Shown here in pieces: positions 9,480-19,684 of a DNA stretch of 64,000 bases. The DNA is taken from NCBI GenBank assembly GCA_021157895.1, contig JAGGVQ010000017.1, forward strand, positions 96,395 through 160,394. Reading direction: 5' to 3'. Under the pieces are notes generated by a model. That model ran no database searches and was not told where the DNA came from. It saw only the letters and a list, made by a program, of their open reading frames with translations. Numbering within the stretch: the first letter of the stretch is position 1; the number at the start of each line of letters is the position of its first letter. This DNA comes from Dehalococcoidia bacterium. GTDB lineage: Bacteria > Chloroflexota > Dehalococcoidia > GIF9 > AB-539-J10. Position numbers and translations under genes: made by a program.

Positions 9480-10331
9480 ATGCCTGAACTGCCTGAAGTG
9501 GAGACAATCAAAAACGAGCTTCTGCCCTGTGTTATTGGCCAGCGTTTTACTAGGGTAGCTATTTTTGATACTGAAATGATATCGGGGCTTTCCCCTGATG
9601 AATTCCGCCGCAATCTGACGGGGAAAACTATAGATGGTCTTGACCGTCGCGGCAAGTATCTCATATTCAATCTGGTGGGCACACAAGCGCTTATCATGCA
9701 TTTCCGGATGACAGGGACACTATTGCTCAATCCTGGGAAATCCGTGTCTTTTGTCAGGGCTATTTTTGACCTTTCTAATAATAGCCGCCTGGTGTTTGTG
9801 GACGCGCGCCGTCTGGGTTTAATATGGCTGGTTGAGGATATTACCTCTGTGGTTGGGAGGTTGGGGGTGGAGCCCTTGAGTGACAGGTTCACTCCCTCTG
9901 TATTGCAATGGCAGTTGGGGCAACATCATGTTCCTGTGAAGGCAGCTCTCCTGGACCAGAGCATTATCGCTGGTATTGGCAATATGTACGCTGATGAAGC
10001 TCTCTTTGCTGCGGGAATTCATCCCTTGAGCAAAACAGATCTTTTATCAGGGAAGGATGTTCGCAAGCTATACCATGCTATTCGTGAGGTTCTGTGGTTT
10101 GCTATAGGGCATAAGGGTGCCAGCGTTGATACCTATGTCAGGCCCAGTGGAAGATTGGGCAGGGCCCAACTTGATTTTAAGGTTGCTCATAGGCATGGTG
10201 GGGCCTGTCTTGTTTGCGGTACCCCTGTTCAGAGAATTATGGTACGGAATAGGGGAACTTATTTTTGTCCCAGGTGTCAGACTTTAAGTCCTGGTCTCTT
10301 TGGTACAGGGACCAAGAGGCGCTTGTTTTAG
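9480..10331 (+). CDS. mutM: Formamidopyrimidine-DNA glycosylase
   Basis: 283 aa with the canonical N-terminus MPELPEVE, an H2TH region, and a C-terminal zinc finger (CLVCGTPV...YFCPRCQ). Confidence 0.93.
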   Translation: MPELPEVETIKNELLPCVIGQRFTRVAIFDTEMISGLSPDEFRRNLTGKTIDGLDRRGKYLIFNLVGTQALIMHFRMTGTLLLNPGKSVSFVRAIFDLSNNSRLVFVDARRLGLIWLVEDITSVVGRLGVEPLSDRFTPSVLQWQLGQHHVPVKAALLDQSIIAGIGNMYADEALFAAGIHPLSKTDLLSGKDVRKLYHAIREVLWFAIGHKGASVDTYVRPSGRLGRAQLDFKVAHRHGGACLVCGTPVQRIMVRNRGTYFCPRCQTLSPGLFGTGTKRRLF

Positions 10332-10373
10332 CCTGAAGTCATTTCTTAAGGCTTGTATTCCTATTGGGACTGG

Positions 10374-10448
<75 letters not shown>

Positions 10449-10579
10449 AAACAAAAAGCATTTTAAAGCAATTGCCGAAAGCTGGTCAAATGTTATTGCT
10501 GCTCCAGCATGTTGGTATTGTTTTTATGACATTTGCCGAATAATATAGTAAAAGAAGATCAGTTTTGTAAGATAAAGTA

Positions 10580-10608
10580 TTGACCTTGAGTTGCCAGTAC
10601 TTTAGTAT
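10580..10608 (+). promoter_or_regulatory. Sigma70-like promoter of the secreted-protein cassette (TTGACC-N17-TAGTAT)
   Basis: TTGACC is at 10580..10585 and TAGTAT at 10603..10608, with a 17-nt spacer. The ATG at 10623 lies 14 nt downstream of the -10, and no SD is seen. Confidence 0.45.
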
Positions 10609-10622
10609 ATAGCGAATTTCAA

Positions 10623-11207
10623 ATGAGAGATATGAGATTTGGCGTTGTGGGATTGGTGGCAGTTGTTGCTCTGATTTCAATCCTTCTTTTTAAGCCTTTC
10701 TCGCCAGTCTTTGCTGTGGATTCAGCCAACAGTAGCGCTGTGATAACCATTAACATGACTACCACGGAGACAGTTTTGGCTGTAGAGCTTTCCTTGTCAG
10801 AATGGGATTTGGGAAATGTAACAGCGAATGCTGTTTATTATACGGACCCGCCGCTGGAATGGTGCACGATAAATAATACCGGCAATGTCGACGAGATTAT
10901 TCGAATTAAAGGAGAGAATGCTAGGGAAATAGGCGGCAGTTACCAGTGGATGTTAAGTAATGATAGCACAAATGACCAGCATGGTGGTACAGGGGGCTCC
11001 AGCTGGGATGAGTATGTGTTGTGGTACAAGATATCACATGATGGTGACAGTTATACCATTGTTAATGCCACCGAATCTGAGATGATTAACGGCCTTGCTC
11101 CTGATGCCACCAAGCAATTTGGCCTGAAATTGTTAAGCCCAGAATCATTTTCGTTATATGGTAAAAAAGTACAAACTCATATAACCATAAGTGCTGTGGC
11201 TGCCTGA
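10623..11207 (+). CDS. Secreted beta-rich protein of unknown family (signal peptide, Asn/Thr/Ser-rich)
   Basis: 194-aa ORF with an N-terminal hydrophobic signal (VVGLVAVVALISILLF...PVFA|VD). The mature part has alternating beta-like patterns and 6 N-x-S/T sequons among 12 Asn. I recognise no family. Confidence 0.7.
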   Translation: MRDMRFGVVGLVAVVALISILLFKPFSPVFAVDSANSSAVITINMTTTETVLAVELSLSEWDLGNVTANAVYYTDPPLEWCTINNTGNVDEIIRIKGENAREIGGSYQWMLSNDSTNDQHGGTGGSSWDEYVLWYKISHDGDSYTIVNATESEMINGLAPDATKQFGLKLLSPESFSLYGKKVQTHITISAVAA

Positions 11208-11209
11208 TA

Positions 11210-11767
11210 ATGCATCTGGCCAAGCATCTTGTCTTTCTGAGTGTCGGCTTCCTGTTTATTATTTTGCCTTCTCCTGTCTTGGCTTTGACCTTCAGTGTGT
11301 CTCCGGCTGAGGTGAAGGTGGCTCATTTAGAGCCCGGGCAAGAGGTGACATTTAATATCACGATTTCCAATAAGGACAACATAAACCATGTATTCACGCT
11401 GGATACCTATAATCCTAAGGAATCGGAGAGGAGGCCAGGAGAAGCACTGTTCCCTGTCAGTAGCTGGATATCTTTTCTTCAGCAAGTTGATGTGCCCGCC
11501 AACTCCAATGCTCAGGTAAAGGTAACGATTGATATACCTGAGAGTCAAGAGTGGTACGATAAAAATTGGGAGATATGGCTTAAAGTTAGCGCGGATGAGG
11601 AAAGCTTGGTGACTGTTAATTACTACATTCGCTTGTTGGTATCCACCACAGACCTGGAGTTGAATACATCGTATAGGTGGATTATTGGTGTAATTGTAAC
11701 AATTATATTTTTTTCAGGCTATACTGTATATCGGTCGCGACGGCGAGAAGAAAAACTGGATGCCTGA
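11210..11767 (+). CDS. Signal-peptide protein with Ig-like/beta-sandwich-like ectodomain and C-terminal TM anchor, unknown family
   Basis: 185 aa, starting 2 nt after the upstream stop. It has a signal peptide (LFIILPSPVLA|LT) and an FSVSP...LEPGQEVTFNITISN pattern. A C-terminal helix (WIIGVIVTIIFFSGYTVY) is followed by RSRRREEKLDA. Confidence 0.7.
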   Translation: MHLAKHLVFLSVGFLFIILPSPVLALTFSVSPAEVKVAHLEPGQEVTFNITISNKDNINHVFTLDTYNPKESERRPGEALFPVSSWISFLQQVDVPANSNAQVKVTIDIPESQEWYDKNWEIWLKVSADEESLVTVNYYIRLLVSTTDLELNTSYRWIIGVIVTIIFFSGYTVYRSRRREEKLDA

Positions 11768-11809
11768 TCTGATATTGCTGAAGGTGAGAGGAAGCATTTC
11801 AGGGTTAAT

Positions 11810-12301
11810 TTATTCAGACACCTTATATAACTTTTCAGGATTATCTATATGGTCGATGTACAGGATGCCATCGAGGTGGTCTGTCTCATGCTCTAGTGCC
11901 TGAGCCAATAGATTCCTACCCTTGAGTCGAAAGTTCTTGCCATTACGATCCCGAGCCTTAACCGTGACTGCTTCTGCTCTCTTAATTTCCCCGTAGTATC
12001 CTGGTACGGAGAGACAAGCCTCTTCGAGGATACGTTCTCCCTGCCTTTTCACTATCTCAGGGTTGACCAGAGTGATGACTTTTCCTGATTCTGGTATTTC
12101 AATCACTGCTAGTCGCAGTGATATTCCTATTTGCGGAGCAGCCAGTCCTACTCCGGAATTGGCTCGCATAGTGTCGATCATGTCATCGATAAGCTTCTGA
12201 ATAGAGCTATCAATGGCAGTTATTTTTTTGGCTTTTTGCCTGAGTATGGAATCAGGCAATGTGTGCATCTGCAGGATAGCCATTGTTAGTAATTTTGCCA
12301 T
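11810..12301 (-). CDS. def: Peptide deformylase
   Basis: Shows the three Def motifs GLAAPQIG, EACLSVPG and HETDHL. The start may be the internal ATG at 12283 (MAILQM...). Confidence 0.93.
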   Translation of the reverse strand: MAKLLTMAILQMHTLPDSILRQKAKKITAIDSSIQKLIDDMIDTMRANSGVGLAAPQIGISLRLAVIEIPESGKVITLVNPEIVKRQGERILEEACLSVPGYYGEIKRAEAVTVKARDRNGKNFRLKGRNLLAQALEHETDHLDGILYIDHIDNPEKLYKVSE

Positions 12302-12440
12302 GGCTGTTTATGTTTTTGCAACCGAGGGCTGTTGACTACATGATTGCAGGCAGAGTGTTGTATACGTACTTGTTATCTGAACGAGTGTGTGTGCTTTACC
12401 TCCCATAGTTGTGGTGCTAAAATCGAATTGGAAGTGAGAA

Positions 12441-13193
12441 ATGTCAGGGCACTCTAAGTGGTCGCAGATTAAAAGGCAGAAGGGCGTGACTGATGCTCGC
12501 CGGGGGCAGTTATTTACCAAACTGGCGCGCGAAATTATGGTAGCGGTGCGTCAGGGTGGCCCTAATTCGGATAGTAACCTGCAGTTACGGTTAATAGTAC
12601 AGAGAGCTCGTGATAATAACATGCCTTCGGATAATATTGAGAGGGCTATTAAACGTGCCAGTGGAGGAGGGGAGGCCTCTGATTTAATTGATGTGACTCT
12701 TGAAGGTTATGGGCCAAATGGGGTGGCGGTTTTGGTGAAGGCGTTGACTGATAATCGTAACCGCACTATTCAAGATGTCCGACGTATTTTTATGAGGCAT
12801 GGTGGTAGTTTAGGAGAAAGTGGCTGTGTCTCCTGGATGTTTAAGAGCGAAGGGGTAATTAATGTAGAAGGAGGAGGTCCGGAGGCTGAGGAGCTGGCCT
12901 TGCATGCGATTGACGCTGGGGCTGAGGATGTTAATACAGAGGGGGAGTATATCGAAATTCACACCCAGCCGCAGGATCTGGAGGAGGTGCGGCGAGCTAT
13001 TGAGAAGGAAGCACATGTCTTGTCTGCGGAGGTTGCTCTGGTGCCAGAGTCTGTGATATTTCTGGGAGAGAAGGAAGCGGTTCGTATCTTGAACTTCCTG
13101 GATCAGCTGGAGGAATTAGATGATGTGCAGCATGTTTTCTCCAATGTTGATTTCTCGGATGATACTTTAGCCCAGTTGCATAGCCAAGCTTAG
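12441..13193 (+). CDS. yebC: YebC/PmpR-family transcriptional regulator
   Basis: 250 aa with the family-typical N-terminus MSGHSKWSQIKRQKG. It lies directly upstream of ruvC-ruvA, which is a conserved arrangement. Confidence 0.9.
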   Translation: MSGHSKWSQIKRQKGVTDARRGQLFTKLAREIMVAVRQGGPNSDSNLQLRLIVQRARDNNMPSDNIERAIKRASGGGEASDLIDVTLEGYGPNGVAVLVKALTDNRNRTIQDVRRIFMRHGGSLGESGCVSWMFKSEGVINVEGGGPEAEELALHAIDAGAEDVNTEGEYIEIHTQPQDLEEVRRAIEKEAHVLSAEVALVPESVIFLGEKEAVRILNFLDQLEELDDVQHVFSNVDFSDDTLAQLHSQA

Positions 13194-13194
13194 C

Positions 13195-13692
13195 ATGCGT
13201 ATCCTGGGGATTGATCCTGGAACTGTACACCTGGGTTATGGTGTTGTGGACTATATCTCGGGGGAAATGCGAGCGGTTGATTGGGGAGTGGTGGAGCCAT
13301 CTCACCGCAGTTCTCATGAGGAGAGATTGCATTTCTTATATGTTGAGTTGAGTAAGGTTATTGTGCAAAATCAGCCTGTAGAAGTGGCCATTGAAGAGCC
13401 TTTTGTGGCCTTAAATGTGCGTTCAGCTTTTGCAATTGGCAGGGCTCAGGCTGTGGCTATTTTGGCAGCAGCAAATCAAGGATTGCCAGTATTTTACTAT
13501 TCACCGACGCAGATAAAACAGCAAGTGACTAGTTATGGACATAGCGACAAAATCCAGGTACAGGAGATGGTGCAACTACAACTCAGTCTCTCTCAGCTAC
13601 CTCAGCCCAGTGATGCTGCTGACGCGCTGGCTGTAGCCATTTGTCACATTCAGGAGGATTGTTTTAGTCGCTGGTTAGAAGAGAGTTCCTAA
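13195..13692 (+). CDS. ruvC: Holliday junction resolvase RuvC
   Basis: 165 aa. MRILGIDPG carries the catalytic Asp and AIEEPF is present. It is adjacent to ruvA. Confidence 0.9.
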   Translation: MRILGIDPGTVHLGYGVVDYISGEMRAVDWGVVEPSHRSSHEERLHFLYVELSKVIVQNQPVEVAIEEPFVALNVRSAFAIGRAQAVAILAAANQGLPVFYYSPTQIKQQVTSYGHSDKIQVQEMVQLQLSLSQLPQPSDAADALAVAICHIQEDCFSRWLEESS

Positions 13693-13693
13693 T

Positions 13694-14275
13694 ATGATAG
13701 CAACTTTGGAGGGGGTGTTGGAGCAACGAGGCTCTGATTCGGTCATAGTCAACGTTGGAGGTATTGGTTTTCAAGTATATGTGCCAAGTTCAGTATTGAA
13801 CCAGCCAAGAACCATTGATCACAAAGTGCTGCTACATACCTATCTTCATACAGGGGGTGATAACATTACCTTGTATGGTTTTACCTCCAGTGAGGAACTG
13901 GACTTATTCAAGAGCCTTATTTCCATATCTGGTGTTGGTCCCCGGGTAGCATTAGCATTGCTTTCTGCCCTGAACGCCGAGCAGGTAGCAATGGCTATTG
14001 CCTCAGAGAATACCGAGCTTATTAGTCAGGTGCCTGGAATTGGGAAGAGGATAGCCAATCGGATTGTGCTGGAATTAAAAGGAAAGGTGGATAAGGGTTG
14101 GACCAGACAGGGATTGTCTATATCCCAGGAAGATGGTGATGTTGTGGCTGCTCTAACTAGCCTGGGCTGGTCATTGAGGGAGGCGACACGGGCAGTTTCC
14201 AGCATTCCTGGGGCTCAAGATCTGGGTATAGAGGAGAAAGTTAAGCTGGCACTGCAGCAGTTGTCAGAAGGCTGA
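13694..14275 (+). CDS. ruvA: Holliday junction DNA helicase subunit RuvA
   Basis: 193 aa with an N-terminal OB region (MIATLEG...V.VNVGGIGFQVYV) and HhH motifs (ISGVGPRVALALLS, VPGIGKRIANRIVLELK). ruvB is not adjacent. Confidence 0.9.
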   Translation: MIATLEGVLEQRGSDSVIVNVGGIGFQVYVPSSVLNQPRTIDHKVLLHTYLHTGGDNITLYGFTSSEELDLFKSLISISGVGPRVALALLSALNAEQVAMAIASENTELISQVPGIGKRIANRIVLELKGKVDKGWTRQGLSISQEDGDVVAALTSLGWSLREATRAVSSIPGAQDLGIEEKVKLALQQLSEG

Positions 14276-14453
14276 ACTGAAGAGGCATAATCTGGGGGCA
14301 GGGTTTCTGAACATACAATGACTTTTAGCATAAGAGCTGTAACTCGTTATATTTTCTGTTATTGTATCATATAGTTTTTTACTTGACTGCGTTAGCTGAT
14401 GCAGGGGCCAGATTCTGCAGGTTGTCTGCTTAGTGTGATTGAGGCTGGGTTAT

Positions 14454-15311
14454 ATGGCCAAGGTATCTATAGTAACTGATAGTGTTGCTTCCTTACCGCG
14501 AGAAGTAATTGATGAGTATGATATTCATATTATTCCGGTTCGGATTACCATAGGAGGTAAGAGTTATCAGGATACTGAGGATGACTTGCCTGTGGAGCGG
14601 ATTCACAGCTTTCAGCAAGTTGCGCAGATAGATACTACTCCATGGCCTCCGAAATTTTATCTTCAGGCCTATGCTAGATTAAGCCGGAAGACGAATAAGC
14701 TGGTTCACGTCGTTTGTTTTTCTCACTTCACGGCTACAATGTCCCTGGCCCAGGCAGGAGCCAGAATGGCAGAGGATGCTGTGCCAGGTTTACATGTGGA
14801 GGTACTGGATTCACAGGTGGCTACCATGGCTCAGGGATTTGTTGCTTTAAGGGCGGCTCGTTCTGCTGCTAGTAGTGATGATATAGACCTTGTGGTCGAA
14901 GCTGCCAGGGAGGTAAGCTTGCAGGTTAACTCAGTATTTGTCTTTGATTCCCTTCGCTGCTTATCCCGAACGGGACGCATCAACCATATGGCTAGTTGGG
15001 CTAGCTCTCTGTTAAGGGTGAAGCCTGTTGTTAGTCTTTCCCGAGGCCAAGAACACCCTCTGTTCTTGGCCAGAAGCAGGTCGCAGGGTATCAAAAAGAT
15101 TGTCTCAGTTATGCATAGAGAAGTTGGTACAGGAAAGAAAGTTCATATTGCTGTAATGCACAGCGAAAGGGAAGATGAGGCGAAGGAGTTAGAGAGTATC
15201 ATCAGGAGGCAGTTTAACCCTGCTGAACTATATGTTGTGCCCTTTACCCCTGTGATGCAGGTTGTTGCCGGGCCGGGCATAGTAGGTGTTGCCTTCTATT
15301 GTGGTGAGTGA
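14454..15311 (+). CDS. DegV-family fatty-acid-binding protein
   Basis: About 285 aa starting at the ATG at 14454 (MAKVSIVTDSVASLP), which is a typical DegV N-terminus. A GAGG lies 9 nt upstream. The track ORF starts 15 nt earlier at a TTG. Confidence 0.8.
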   Translation: MAKVSIVTDSVASLPREVIDEYDIHIIPVRITIGGKSYQDTEDDLPVERIHSFQQVAQIDTTPWPPKFYLQAYARLSRKTNKLVHVVCFSHFTATMSLAQAGARMAEDAVPGLHVEVLDSQVATMAQGFVALRAARSAASSDDIDLVVEAAREVSLQVNSVFVFDSLRCLSRTGRINHMASWASSLLRVKPVVSLSRGQEHPLFLARSRSQGIKKIVSVMHREVGTGKKVHIAVMHSEREDEAKELESIIRRQFNPAELYVVPFTPVMQVVAGPGIVGVAFYCGE

Positions 15312-15317
15312 AGTCCA

Positions 15318-17303
15318 TTGGCGCTATTTAAGATCGTATCTGAATTTAGTCCTGCTGGTGATCAACCTCAGGCGGTAGACAAGCTTTTGAGGGGGGTTGA
15401 GGGGGGATATCGCGAGCAGACCTTGCTTGGTGTTACTGGCAGTGGCAAGACTTTTACTGTAGCTAATGTCATTGAGAAGCTGGCAAAGCCTGCACTGATT
15501 ATTTGTCATAATAAGACTTTAGCTGCTCAGCTAGCCAGTGAACTCAGGGTATTCTTTCCCGGTAATGCCGTGGAATATTTTGTCAGCTATTATGATTATT
15601 ACCAGCCAGAGGCATATATGCCCACTACGGATACTTATATTGAAAAAGAGACTGATATCAATGAAGAAATTGACAAACTGCGTTATGCGGCTACCAAGGC
15701 TTTATTTGAGCGGCGGGATGTTATTATAGTGGCCTCGGTATCGTGTATTTATGGCTTGGGGCCGCCAGAGGAATACTATAGTTTTGTTCTTACCCTGAAG
15801 CAAAATGGACATTATCAGCGAGATAAAGTAGCTCGCCGTCTCATTGATATGCAATATGAGAGAAATGATTTTGATCTCTCCAGGGGGAAGTTTCGTCTCA
15901 GGGGGGATATCCTGGATATCTTGCCAGCATATGGGGAGATGGTCCTGAGGGTGGAATTTTTGGGAGATGATATTGAGCGTATTGTAGAACTCAACCCTCT
16001 TACTGGCAAGGTGCTTGCTGTTCGTGATCAGGTGGATATTTACCCTGCCAAGCATTTTGTTACTGCCCACGATAAAGTTATGGTGGCAATAAAGGACATC
16101 AGGAAGGAATTGCAGGAGAGATTGGAAGAATTAAACGTCCAGGGTAAGCTTATTGAAGCTCAAAGGCTGGAGGCCCGAACTAACTATGATATCGAGATGA
16201 TGCTGGAGACAGGTTATTGCAATGGAGTAGAAAATTATTCCCGACATCTGCAGCGCCGAGCTCCGGGAAGTCCTCCATGGACATTGCTTGATTACTTTCC
16301 TCAAGATTACCTGCTTCTTATTGATGAATCGCACATGACATTACCCCAAATAAGAGGAATGTATAATGGTGATAGGTCTCGAAAGCAGACCCTGGTGGAT
16401 TATGGATTTCGCCTTCCCTCTGCCCTGGATAACCGCCCATTAAAATTTGATGAGTTCCGAGAACGGATCAATCAGGTTATCTATGTCTCTGCTACGCCAG
16501 GGGCGTATGAATATGAACATAGCCAGCAGATTGTAGAGCAACTGGTCAGGCCTACTGGTTTGTTAGAGCCAACTATTGAGGTTAAGCCGATTTCTGGTCA
16601 GATCGATGACCTTATCTATCAGATCAGGTCCAGGGTAGATAAAGGCGAGCGCTCTCTGGTTACCACATTAACCAAGAGGATGGCGGAAGAGTTATGTGAT
16701 TATCTCAAGGATATCGGGATAAAAGCTCATTATCTGCATTCGGAAGTAAAGACACTCGAGAGGGTGGAGATTCTTCGGGAGCTGCGTCTTGGTGTGTATG
16801 ATGTGGTTGTGGGTATTAATTTGCTTCGTGAGGGGTTGGATTTACCGGAGGTGAGCCTTGTAGCCATACTTGATGCTGATAAGGCGGGATATCTCAGGTC
16901 GGCTGGGGCTCTTATTCAGACCATGGGACGTACGGCCAGGCATGTCAATGCCCATGTTATAATGTATGCTGATAGTGTTACTAGCTCTATGAGAGAAGCC
17001 ATAGAGGAGACTGAGCGGCGGCGGAGGGTTCAAGAAACTTATAACCAGGATCATGGCGTTAGCCCCCAGGGGATTAAAAAGGCAATCAAGGATACTCCTG
17101 AGCATGTCCATGTGATAGCTAAATCCTCTGCTCCATATTCTGATGCTCCTGTTTCTGGTAAGCAGCTAGCTCGCCTTATGAAAGAGCTTGAATCCCAGAT
17201 GAAGAAGGCAGCTGGTGACCTGGAATTTGAAAAGGCTGCTGTAATCAGGGATCGTATACTTGAGTTGAAGAGAGAACAGAGTTTGTTTTCCTCTTCAACT
17301 TAG
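15318..17303 (+). CDS. uvrB: Excinuclease ABC subunit B
   Basis: 661 aa with GDQPQAV, a Walker A motif (GVTGSGKT), DESH, helicase motifs, and a C-terminal UVR domain ([13 protein letters not shown]). It uses a TTG start. Confidence 0.95.
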   Translation: MALFKIVSEFSPAGDQPQAVDKLLRGVEGGYREQTLLGVTGSGKTFTVANVIEKLAKPALIICHNKTLAAQLASELRVFFPGNAVEYFVSYYDYYQPEAYMPTTDTYIEKETDINEEIDKLRYAATKALFERRDVIIVASVSCIYGLGPPEEYYSFVLTLKQNGHYQRDKVARRLIDMQYERNDFDLSRGKFRLRGDILDILPAYGEMVLRVEFLGDDIERIVELNPLTGKVLAVRDQVDIYPAKHFVTAHDKVMVAIKDIRKELQERLEELNVQGKLIEAQRLEARTNYDIEMMLETGYCNGVENYSRHLQRRAPGSPPWTLLDYFPQDYLLLIDESHMTLPQIRGMYNGDRSRKQTLVDYGFRLPSALDNRPLKFDEFRERINQVIYVSATPGAYEYEHSQQIVEQLVRPTGLLEPTIEVKPISGQIDDLIYQIRSRVDKGERSLVTTLTKRMAEELCDYLKDIGIKAHYLHSEVKTLERVEILRELRLGVYDVVVGINLLREGLDLPEVSLVAILDADKAGYLRSAGALIQTMGRTARHVNAHVIMYADSVTSSMREAIEETERRRRVQETYNQDHGVSPQGIKKAIKDTPEHVHVIAKSSAPYSDAPVSGKQLARLMKELESQMKKAAGDLEFEKAAVIRDRILELKREQSLFSSST

Positions 17304-17425
17304 CCAGGCAGGCTATCGCGAAAATCGTGCGAATGATAAGAAAATAGGCATATTTTCCTCGTATCTCTTTAATTCCTTGTTTATGTAGAGTAAAATGGTA
17401 GCTTTCGGCAACTCATTATTATTTA

Positions 17426-18928
17426 TTGGAGGCAAGGTTTTTGGTAATTAAAGGTATATCTGGCAAGGCAACTCAGATCGATTCGGATGCTCTGCTTGTG
17501 GGCACTTTTCAGGGAGAACATTCCCTTTGTGGAGTTACTGCTGATATAGATGAGGTGTTGGGTGGGGCCATTAGCCAGCGTATAGATCGCGGTGAATTTG
17601 AGGGCAAGGATGGTGAAGTCAGCATTGTTCATACGTTGGGGAAACTGCCGGTTAGGATAGTAGCGATTGCTGGATTGGGGGAGCGTGCCAAGTTTGGTGT
17701 GGATAAAATCCGGGTCGCGGCAGGATCTGCTAGTCGCGATCTACGCAAATTACATTGCACTAGAATTGCCATGGCACTTGTCGGCATTGGAGGCATTGAT
17801 TCTGAAGCTTCGGTTGAAGCTATGGTGCAGGGGGCTATTCTTGGTTTGTACGACTTTGTAAGATACAAAAAACCTGAGAGCCCCGGTGTTGAGGAGATAC
17901 TGGTTGTGGATACTGAAGACAAGCAGAGTGCAAGGCTGGATCAGGGTATTTCACAGGGGAAAATAGTAGCTGAGGCCACCAACCTGGCTCGAGATATGGT
18001 AAATGAGCCGAGCAATTTCATGACACCCACCAGGATGGCTGATGTTGCCAAGGGAATAGCTGAGAGCCAGAGCATTGCTGTGGATATTCTGGGGCCTGGT
18101 GACATGGAGAAAATGGGAATGGGGGCACTTCTGGGAGTTGCGCGGGGCAGCACGGAAGACCCAAGGTTGATTGTTTTGAGCTATCGAGGAGACCCTGATA
18201 GTAAGGGGTCGATTGGCTTTGTGGGTAAAGGAGTGACGTTTGATTCTGGAGGAATCTCTATTAAGCCATCAAAGGATATGCATGAGATGAAGGGTGATAT
18301 GGCAGGAGCCGCCGCTGTCTTAGCAGCAATCGGTGCTATATCTCAATTGGAGTTGAAGGTTAATGTCACTGTGATTGTTCCTGCTGCCGAGAATTTGCCT
18401 GGGGGCACTGCCCTGAAACCTGGTGATATATTGCGAGCAATGAATGGCAAGACCATCGAGGTGTTGAATACCGATGCCGAGGGGAGACTTATTCTGGCTG
18501 ATGCGCTTAGTTATGCCGTTACACAAGGTATATCTCCCCTGATAGACCTGGCAACTCTAACTGGAGCCTGTTATGTTGCCCTGGGAAATGTTTATAGCGG
18601 TGCTTTTACTAATGATCAACCATTTCTGGATAGGGTGCTTAAAGGGGCCGCTGATGCTGGAGAGCGACTCTGGCCAATGCCTATGCCTGAAGAGTATAGA
18701 ACGCAGATTAAAAGTGATATCGCAGATATTAAGAATATAGGTGGCAGGTATGGAGGTGCTATCACTGCGGCTCTTTTCCTTAAAGAGTTTGTTGGTGATG
18801 TTCCCTGGGTTCATATAGACATAGCTGGCAAGGAATTAAGTAAGGAAAACAGTGGATATTTGGTTAAGGGAGCCACTGGTGTTGGTGTGAGGACCCTGGT
18901 GCAGTTGGGCATGTCGTTAGCTAAATAG
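17426..18928 (+). CDS. pepA: Leucyl aminopeptidase (M17 family)
   Basis: 500 aa with M17 landmarks VGKGVTFDSGG and NTDAEGRLILAD. The start is TTG 17426 or, better supported by GGAGG at 17428..17432, the in-frame TTG at 17441. Confidence 0.9.
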   Translation: MEARFLVIKGISGKATQIDSDALLVGTFQGEHSLCGVTADIDEVLGGAISQRIDRGEFEGKDGEVSIVHTLGKLPVRIVAIAGLGERAKFGVDKIRVAAGSASRDLRKLHCTRIAMALVGIGGIDSEASVEAMVQGAILGLYDFVRYKKPESPGVEEILVVDTEDKQSARLDQGISQGKIVAEATNLARDMVNEPSNFMTPTRMADVAKGIAESQSIAVDILGPGDMEKMGMGALLGVARGSTEDPRLIVLSYRGDPDSKGSIGFVGKGVTFDSGGISIKPSKDMHEMKGDMAGAAAVLAAIGAISQLELKVNVTVIVPAAENLPGGTALKPGDILRAMNGKTIEVLNTDAEGRLILADALSYAVTQGISPLIDLATLTGACYVALGNVYSGAFTNDQPFLDRVLKGAADAGERLWPMPMPEEYRTQIKSDIADIKNIGGRYGGAITAALFLKEFVGDVPWVHIDIAGKELSKENSGYLVKGATGVGVRTLVQLGMSLAK

Positions 18929-18943
18929 TTTGAGGCCAAATTC

Positions 18944-19675
18944 ATGATTTCTAAGGATTCGAATTTCATCTTTACTCCTCCTGCTACCTTGTCTCAAGCT
19001 CGCCGTGTCCTGGTCAAGCCATGCGCTGGCTATCCTGTGTCCTATCCTGTTTCTACCAGTCCGAGAATTCTGCGCATTATCATAGAGGGTATCAGGAAGG
19101 TAAGTGATGCCGATATTCTCATTGCTGATGGGAATCCAACGGGAGAATCAATTTATCCCAATTATCGTGCACTGGAGTATGACTTTCGTCGTGTTCTCAT
19201 GCTGGATATCAGGGATTCCATCTTTGTGGAGGTGGGGAATCCGCTGACTAACTTCTTTGCTGTCGAGAGTTTCTGGATTCCCAATGTGGTTTTGCGTAGT
19301 GATTTCCTGATAAGCGTAACCCCCTTTAAGATATGTGGCCGTAGCCCTCTTCTCACTATAGCCAATCTCCTGGGATTGTTACCTGTTAATAAATATTGTA
19401 AAGGTGACAGCACTGGGTGGGGAGCACTGTATGGTTTGGGTATAGAAAGGGTGTTTGCTGATCTTTATTTCACTATGCCGTTCGATGTTGGGATTATCGA
19501 GGCCAGCAAGCAGTTTTTCTATGATGATGATCCCTTGAAAGGAAGAGAAGAGGAATGTGGTAAGGTTTTCTGGGGCGACCCCTATGTCGTTGATAAAGAA
19601 GCCTCGCAGGCAAGTGGATTTGCCAGCGAATATTTAAGGCTGATCGACGAGGGGAGGGAGCAACTTGATGAGTAG
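18944..19675 (+). CDS. DUF362-like protein (unknown function)
   Basis: 243 aa. VLVKPCAGYP...TSPRILRIIIEGI...ILIADG and ...DFLISVTPFK... resemble the DUF362 pattern as I remember it. This is not verified by search. Confidence 0.55.
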   Translation: MISKDSNFIFTPPATLSQARRVLVKPCAGYPVSYPVSTSPRILRIIIEGIRKVSDADILIADGNPTGESIYPNYRALEYDFRRVLMLDIRDSIFVEVGNPLTNFFAVESFWIPNVVLRSDFLISVTPFKICGRSPLLTIANLLGLLPVNKYCKGDSTGWGALYGLGIERVFADLYFTMPFDVGIIEASKQFFYDDDPLKGREEECGKVFWGDPYVVDKEASQASGFASEYLRLIDEGREQLDE

Positions 19676-19684
19676 GCAAACATT

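Noticed and set aside
10332-10353. A hairpin, GCCTGAAG-tcattt-CTTAAGGC, after mutM as a possible terminator.
   Set aside because: It has an internal G/A mismatch and a short stem, and no T-run follows. It is too weak to annotate.
10623-11207. Calling the 194-aa secreted protein a WxL-domain protein and its partner a DUF916/DUF3324 protein (a Csc-type cell-surface complex).
   Set aside because: Only isolated W-x-L tripeptides and a loose FSVxP...PGQ pattern support this. The spacing of the motifs, the protein sizes and the C-terminus do not match my memory of those families. It is kept as a hypothesis in the findings and not used as an annotation.
12308-12520. A 70-aa minus-strand ORF spanning the def-yebC intergenic region and the yebC start.
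   Set aside because: It overlaps the highly conserved YebC N-terminus on the other strand and has no initiation signals.
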